Shown: positions 58,799 through 64,000 of the stretch, in pieces | Numbering within the stretch: the first letter of the stretch is position 1 | How the letters are laid out: the number at the start of each line of letters is the position of its first letter | DNA from: an uncultured virus (IMG/VR IMGVR_UViG_3300045995_000471) | Lineage: Duplodnaviria > Heunggongvirae > Uroviricota > Caudoviricetes | Length of the DNA: 64,000 nt | IMG/VR virus record: IMGVR_UViG_3300045995_000471 | Reading direction: 5' to 3' (one strand) | The notes under the pieces: generated by a model | What the model saw: the letters and a program-made list of their open reading frames with translations, nothing else | What the model was told of the DNA's origin: nothing | The model's database searches: none | Made by a program: the position numbers and the translations under genes

Positions 58799-60163
58799 TT
58801 AGAAAGCTGTCGTCGTTACTGATATATATGTAGGGAACGGTATAGTATCTGCTCCGCTAAAAGTAGCATAGGCGTAACCACTAACATTTGTAGTTGTTCC
58901 AGTTACAGTCGTAAACCTACCAGCACCAGAGGGTGTAACCGACCAGTTCACCGGTACATTGCTCATAGGAAATCTATAATTATCCAGTATCTGGCAAGTA
59001 CACCGTACTATACCACTAGGAAGTATAAATTCGGGATCTGCATTGACTACCATAAAAGCCCCTTGGGCAGCCATATTTTCAGTAATATAATTGTATGAAG
59101 GCCAAGTTATTACAGATGCCCCTGCAGTCCTGTAGTCTTGCTGCAGAAAGTAAAACTGTGGGTGGTTGTTAATGTCTTCCGGATCATCATTTCTAATCCG
59201 CAATTCATATACTGGTATGAAAGTATTCCCAGGATCATAATAGTTTAGTGGTGCAATTTGAGATGCACTAATTGAGGATAAATCTCGCAGTGCCATACAA
59301 AAAGTTGTAGATCCAGACATAAAGAACAGAGCTGGTGTTCTATTCCCCAATTCTATATTTGGAATATTTTTGATAATACTAAATGCTAATGTTGAGGAAC
59401 TCTTATAAACATTTCTATAATGACTACTTACCACTGAGAGGTCAGTAGGATCTAGTTCCAAAAGATTCCCCCCAGTATCTACTACGAATATACGGGCCTC
59501 TATGAAAACATTCTCCCCATCTCCGTGACTACTAGGAGGATAATCATAGGGTCTAAGTGTGATCTGGTATGAAGGAGGATTGGTGTCAGGATCAGGAACA
59601 GGTATAGGATTAGGATCAGGAGTAATAGATACGATCACGCCCCAAAATGTTTCATCATGTATATTAGGTCCAATTTTAATGCTTTGGCCTATAAGTAAAC
59701 GCCTTATTGCCCAGCGATAGCTTCCATCAATAACTATATAATTCCTGTCTGTTCCCATATCTTCCAACAAGGGAAAATTATAGTACTCTATTGCAATAGC
59801 ATTACCTGAATTAGCCCCAGGAAATGCCTTGAATTGAAACTGCCTTAACCCGTATTGTTCAGGATCCACTTGCCATTTTCGTATTACCATACCAGGAAAC
59901 GATGGTGTATCATTGATTGATTGTACCGACCAAAACCATTCCCCGTCATAATCTAGACTACTTACTTTATTCTGAAGTTCAATAAGAGTGGGATACGCCG
60001 TGAGGGGCATAGTTCCGTCTTGATACCTAGACAATAGAAAATTTTCATAGCCATTCTTAGTGCCTTTATCGTGCCTATCATATATCAGATTGTAAAACTT
60101 CAGCTCGTGGTCCTTTAGGAACATAGCCATGTTAGGTTCAATCAGGCGAATATTCTGATCCAT
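58799..60163 (-). CDS. Putative virion protein with C-terminal Big_1-like domain
   Basis: Start MDQNIRL at 60163 (GAGGA RBS; aligns with the paralog's ENVRI); SLDYDGEWFWSVQ..IRKW; LDNYRFPMSNVPVNW..TTNVSGYA. Confidence 0.7.
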   Translation of the reverse strand: MDQNIRLIEPNMAMFLKDHELKFYNLIYDRHDKGTKNGYENFLLSRYQDGTMPLTAYPTLIELQNKVSSLDYDGEWFWSVQSINDTPSFPGMVIRKWQVDPEQYGLRQFQFKAFPGANSGNAIAIEYYNFPLLEDMGTDRNYIVIDGSYRWAIRRLLIGQSIKIGPNIHDETFWGVIVSITPDPNPIPVPDPDTNPPSYQITLRPYDYPPSSHGDGENVFIEARIFVVDTGGNLLELDPTDLSVVSSHYRNVYKSSSTLAFSIIKNIPNIELGNRTPALFFMSGSTTFCMALRDLSSISASQIAPLNYYDPGNTFIPVYELRIRNDDPEDINNHPQFYFLQQDYRTAGASVITWPSYNYITENMAAQGAFMVVNADPEFILPSGIVRCTCQILDNYRFPMSNVPVNWSVTPSGAGRFTTVTGTTTNVSGYAYATFSGADTIPFPTYISVTTTAF

Positions 60164-60677
60164 TGTGGAAATCCTCATTTATTGCTGACATATATTTGGT
60201 TCCTGGGGTTATCTTAATGGTGCTAGAATGAATATCCCCTTTTATAATAACCTGATCAGTTAAGTCAAACCCTTTAACTTTTATTTGTAAAGAGTTCAAG
60301 TCAATACCAGAAGAGGGTATTTCTTCTGTGAGTGTAATAGAAATATCTGTATCAGGAGACACATCAGTAGCATCTGGTAAGGGCCAATGCCCAGCCACCT
60401 GTGGGGGTTCTGTATCAGGATAATATTCCCAATTTATAGCCCTACATAATTCATTGATAATATCATTAACATCTTCAGACAGAGTAGTTTGGTCTGAAAG
60501 CCATTTCTTTACTGGGTTTATCGGATCCCCGTTAATATCGACCTCGCGGGTAGATGCTTCAAGTATCCACATAGTATGTCCGGTCTCTGCTTCTGCCATA
60601 ACCATGCGTCTGATTGTCAGCATTAGAGCAGCAACCTGATTAGGATTCCTAATATTCTGAACTAGTATCTCGGCCAT
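60138..60677 (-). CDS. Putative virion protein with C-terminal Big_5-like Ig domain
   Basis: DTEPPQV...P.PDATDVSPDTDISI......GIDLNSLQIKV. Confidence 0.7.
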   Translation of the reverse strand: MAEILVQNIRNPNQVAALMLTIRRMVMAEAETGHTMWILEASTREVDINGDPINPVKKWLSDQTTLSEDVNDIINELCRAINWEYYPDTEPPQVAGHWPLPDATDVSPDTDISITLTEEIPSSGIDLNSLQIKVKGFDLTDQVIIKGDIHSSTIKITPGTKYMSAINEDFHNGSEYSPD

Positions 60678-63600
60678 TATTTATACTCCTCATCATTCCA
60701 CCAAACAATTATCTTAGCGTTGAATACACCAAATGTCCTACTCCTCTCAAACTGTGTTTTTATAGCAACTTGGTGTGTTTGGTTCTTATCCAAAGGCTTC
60801 AATGATATAGATCTAGGAACCCTGATTCTGTCTATTATAGGGGTTCCGCTGTTAGTATTTGCGCGGGATAGGGTGATCTTAAATTGTTTATACCTACCAG
60901 CAGGCAGCCCACCACCATTTGTTACCGGGAGCCAATTACCTACATAAGGCCCCCACACAGGATCACTAGGTGTTGGTAAATAATAGTCATCATAAACATT
61001 TCCTGTAAAACTTACCCCATATTTATAGGGAGCCGAGCAGAATCCAGGAACACTGCATAAATATTTTCCCGTGCTACCAGGAGACTGCCCAGCATGTACC
61101 ATCCTAATACTATCTTGCCCCGGATGGGAAACTTCGTCGGAAGTAAAAACATACGCACTCCCATTGTTAGGATGTGGATAAACACCAATCACCCCATCTA
61201 TTATATTATCATAGTCTACCGGATTGGGATCGGACTGGTTCATGGCACGACTTAAATTAACACGCATAAGTCTTTCTTCAGCCAAATCTATAATCCACAT
61301 ATTGCCCTCAGTATCGCAAGATCCTGTATGCAGTTCAGTAAAATACTTATAGGATATCGTGCTATAGGTTATCTCTCTGCGATTACTAACGAAAGGATTT
61401 TCATATGTATAGTCTTCTTCAAATAAGGTAATCCCTGAGGCGGTAAAGGCCCAGAACCCAGAGTAATCCGTTTTAGGAATTTCTACAATATGTTTAAATT
61501 CGCCATCCAATTCAAGACGATACTGATATCCCAAGAATTGATCATCTGCTAACTCCAGTATGGATGGCCTCCCCTTTGCGCCAGTGTTCCCAAAAACTCT
61601 AATACCATTAAAACTACCTACATCAACTTTATATATATTACCAACAGTTCCCCCCAAATATACCCACCAACCATTGTTAGCTCTATCGGCAATAACATCA
61701 TAAGTATCCGACGGTAATAGCCTTTGATCATTTAAAGTAATAACAGACATCGCAACTCTAGTATCATCCCCATCCTGCAGTGCCATGTTCACTCTAATCT
61801 TTTGCTTATCACTGGCCTCAGTCATAGTAGTTGTGGTTATAGAGGCAACAAAGAATGCATCAGAATCCTCAAGAGGAAAGGTCTTTGTATAAAGAGCCGT
61901 TATCTTAGGCCCCCACTCTAGACCAGAAATCGTAACTCCGGAGTTCCATAAACTAGAACCACTCAAAGTAGAAGTACATAAGTTATACCATTTTGTGGGA
62001 TCATTACTTTCTTGAACAGGATCCATATCTCCGCAAGCAGTAATACCTGGACACAGAAACGCAGCTTTACTTCTAACATTTACAGAACCATAATAATTTA
62101 AAGGCTGCCCAGCAAAAGTATAATCCGCCACCCTCCATATCTTATTGCCTGTTTGGGGAGAATTACATTCTACCCTACCAATTAGGGCACCTGTTGAATC
62201 AATAAATACCCGCTTGTGTTTGTACATAAGGTTCTCGTGTGTATTCTCAGTCGTGGTTATCAAGAATACAGCTTTAGCAGGTTCTGCTAACGAGGTTCTA
62301 GCCTCAAGTTTTGGAATATAGTTACCTCTAGAATAAGCATAAAATTGTCCTAAATCAGAACCCCAATCAAAGACCGGAGAGATCCAAGTCCCAGTAATCA
62401 TAGTATTTGATAATTGTAAAGCGTGCCGAAAAACCTCGGTACCTGAGAGGGTACCCAGCTCCCAAGGATAGCGTTCAGGAAAATTATAACCACCCGAGTC
62501 TAATCCAACCCACCCAGAGCTGGCATCAGGAGTTGTAGATATAAATATATTCCTGTCCACTTCATACTTTCCAGTATACTTTACCTGTATCTTAGGTAAA
62601 GCAGAGCCGCCAGTAGTATTATGTATTGCTAATACTTGTGGTTCACTAAGAAAGGAAAAGTTTAGGGGAGAAATAGTTCCAGAAATACTTACCGAATTAT
62701 TACCATCACTTAATAACTGAATACCACTTACTGTCTGATTCGCATTAGAATTATTTACATAAGTTACTTGAGCAGTATATATTGCGGCCGCCTCAGGAAA
62801 TGTGTAACTATAATATCCTTGTGAATTCCAGGTCCCAGACATAGAAGTCCAAACCAATGAAGGAGTTTGAACAGTAATACTTGCTTCGACCAATTTAAAG
62901 TCTAAAATCCCTACCCGCCCATTACTAACCTCAGAGTTAGTTACTTTAATTCTATACCACTTAAAAGTATTTCCATTATTGAAAGTAAAATAAGAGGACC
63001 ATTGTCCCATACCTGGATCCCCAATTCCTGTCCTGGAATCTAACAAAACCCAACCAGCGTCATTATTAATATCTGGGTTATTATTTACAGAACCCCATAG
63101 AGTCCAATCCTTAGGAAAATTTGCATTATTGGATGACGAAGGACCAAAAGAGCGAAGGACATACTTATTAATTGCCTTACCGCCCGCGCCTACATAGACT
63201 GCCAAAATCTTTGGATTGTTGATAGAGGGAAGGCCTGTAGTTATCCATCCTTGAATCGTATACCATCCACCTGGGTCAGTCATTGAGCCCGAATATTGAC
63301 CAAAGGCTTTCCATGCGTTGGTGGTGGAAGGAATATAAATAGCATCTGAGGACCCTATAACATAGCCCCATTCAGAATTAGCCTTAGCCAAGGTCAAAAC
63401 CGAAGGATCCACAACAAGATCCCCTTCATAAAGATAAATTTCTCCTATGAAAAGAGAAGGCGCCCAGGGTGCATCAGTAATAACCATTCTATACGCAATA
63501 TATGGTTGAGGATTTATCATAGCATATAGATCTGACCACCCAAACCCTTGAGTGGCGGAAGCTCCACTTACTGTTGAGAGAGTAGTCCACTTACTACTGC

Positions 63601-63970
63601 CAAGTGAATCCGAGTATACTGCGGAGCTATCATTAGTACCTTGGATGGCCCAATCTTTGGGCATAGCGTTCTGGGAGTTATCGCATATATAGAACCGGTA
63701 ATAAGTTGCTTTTTTTGCATTCCCCGCCCCAAAAGAAATCATGCATCTGCCAGGCAGAACTCCAGGAGCCCACCCATCGGAGTAAGATATGTCAGGAATT
63801 GCAGGCGGACTTTGATTGAAAGCTAGCCAGGGATATCTCCAACCATTATTCTTGAAGGAAAAATCACCAGTAACAACACAAGGAGATGGAGTTGAATCCG
63901 AAGTCATTGCAGGAGTTATTCGGGCTAGCCCTCCTGTAGTTCCATCGGTGTAACGGATGTAGTCAGCCAT
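60677..63970 (-). CDS. 1097-aa putative virion protein with two N-terminal F5/8C discoidin-like domains
   Basis: MPKDWAIQGTND..WTTL...YIAYRMVIT and FPKDWTLWGS...WVLLDSRT...FKWYRIKVT. Confidence 0.75.
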   Translation of the reverse strand: MADYIRYTDGTTGGLARITPAMTSDSTPSPCVVTGDFSFKNNGWRYPWLAFNQSPPAIPDISYSDGWAPGVLPGRCMISFGAGNAKKATYYRFYICDNSQNAMPKDWAIQGTNDSSAVYSDSLGSSKWTTLSTVSGASATQGFGWSDLYAMINPQPYIAYRMVITDAPWAPSLFIGEIYLYEGDLVVDPSVLTLAKANSEWGYVIGSSDAIYIPSTTNAWKAFGQYSGSMTDPGGWYTIQGWITTGLPSINNPKILAVYVGAGGKAINKYVLRSFGPSSSNNANFPKDWTLWGSVNNNPDINNDAGWVLLDSRTGIGDPGMGQWSSYFTFNNGNTFKWYRIKVTNSEVSNGRVGILDFKLVEASITVQTPSLVWTSMSGTWNSQGYYSYTFPEAAAIYTAQVTYVNNSNANQTVSGIQLLSDGNNSVSISGTISPLNFSFLSEPQVLAIHNTTGGSALPKIQVKYTGKYEVDRNIFISTTPDASSGWVGLDSGGYNFPERYPWELGTLSGTEVFRHALQLSNTMITGTWISPVFDWGSDLGQFYAYSRGNYIPKLEARTSLAEPAKAVFLITTTENTHENLMYKHKRVFIDSTGALIGRVECNSPQTGNKIWRVADYTFAGQPLNYYGSVNVRSKAAFLCPGITACGDMDPVQESNDPTKWYNLCTSTLSGSSLWNSGVTISGLEWGPKITALYTKTFPLEDSDAFFVASITTTTMTEASDKQKIRVNMALQDGDDTRVAMSVITLNDQRLLPSDTYDVIADRANNGWWVYLGGTVGNIYKVDVGSFNGIRVFGNTGAKGRPSILELADDQFLGYQYRLELDGEFKHIVEIPKTDYSGFWAFTASGITLFEEDYTYENPFVSNRREITYSTISYKYFTELHTGSCDTEGNMWIIDLAEERLMRVNLSRAMNQSDPNPVDYDNIIDGVIGVYPHPNNGSAYVFTSDEVSHPGQDSIRMVHAGQSPGSTGKYLCSVPGFCSAPYKYGVSFTGNVYDDYYLPTPSDPVWGPYVGNWLPVTNGGGLPAGRYKQFKITLSRANTNSGTPIIDRIRVPRSISLKPLDKNQTHQVAIKTQFERSRTFGVFNAKIIVWWNDEEYK

Positions 63971-64000
63971 GGGGGGAATGCAATAGTCTATATTTATATT

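Noticed and set aside
483..63826. All plus-strand ORFs and the short nested minus-strand ORFs in the track
   Set aside because: They overlap longer, motif-bearing minus-strand genes and show no motifs; they look like shadow ORFs.
1..64000. Stop-codon reassignment, tRNA/rRNA genes, CRISPR arrays, diversity-generating retroelement
   Set aside because: Multi-kb ORFs and tight coupling work in the standard code with all three stops used; gaps are short and I saw no RNA gene or array by eye; no reverse transcriptase or template/variable repeat pair noticed.

Overview
Densely packed, AT-rich 64 kb segment. Every credible gene is on the minus strand, in the standard genetic code, and many are translationally coupled (ATGA/TAATG overlaps). 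Content best fits a large (jumbo-type) tailed bacteriophage of unknown host; this is inference, since no capsid, portal or terminase gene is in the window. In transcription order (right to left) there are three modules. (1) 63970-24788: putative virion/tail-associated genes, including giant ORFs of 1097, 2824, 3266 and ~2150 aa; all but the 3266-aa one carry lectin-like (discoidin, LamG/ConA) and/or Ig-like modules. (2) 24558-15840: replication/recombination genes: divergent beta clamp, RecA, PD-(D/E)XK nuclease, possible UvsY-like mediator, DnaB, DnaG, an SSB with a Q/P-rich N-terminus, DnaJ, RuvC-like resolvase and an Sm/Hfq-like ORF. (3) 15874-1: a glycan synthesis and modification cluster with about six glycosyltransferases, four putative O-methyltransferases, a sulfotransferase next to an APS kinase, two NDP-sugar SDR enzymes and an ADP-ribosylglycohydrolase. 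Main observations: a candidate system for sulfated/methylated virion glycans paired with Ser-Gly enrichment in the fibre-like proteins; a LAGLIDADG endonuclease flanked by two alternative 3' ends of the upstream methyltransferase gene; and a ~33-bp element with an exact 15-bp core present four times. Domain calls are by-eye motif recognition and counts are hand counts; no searches were run.
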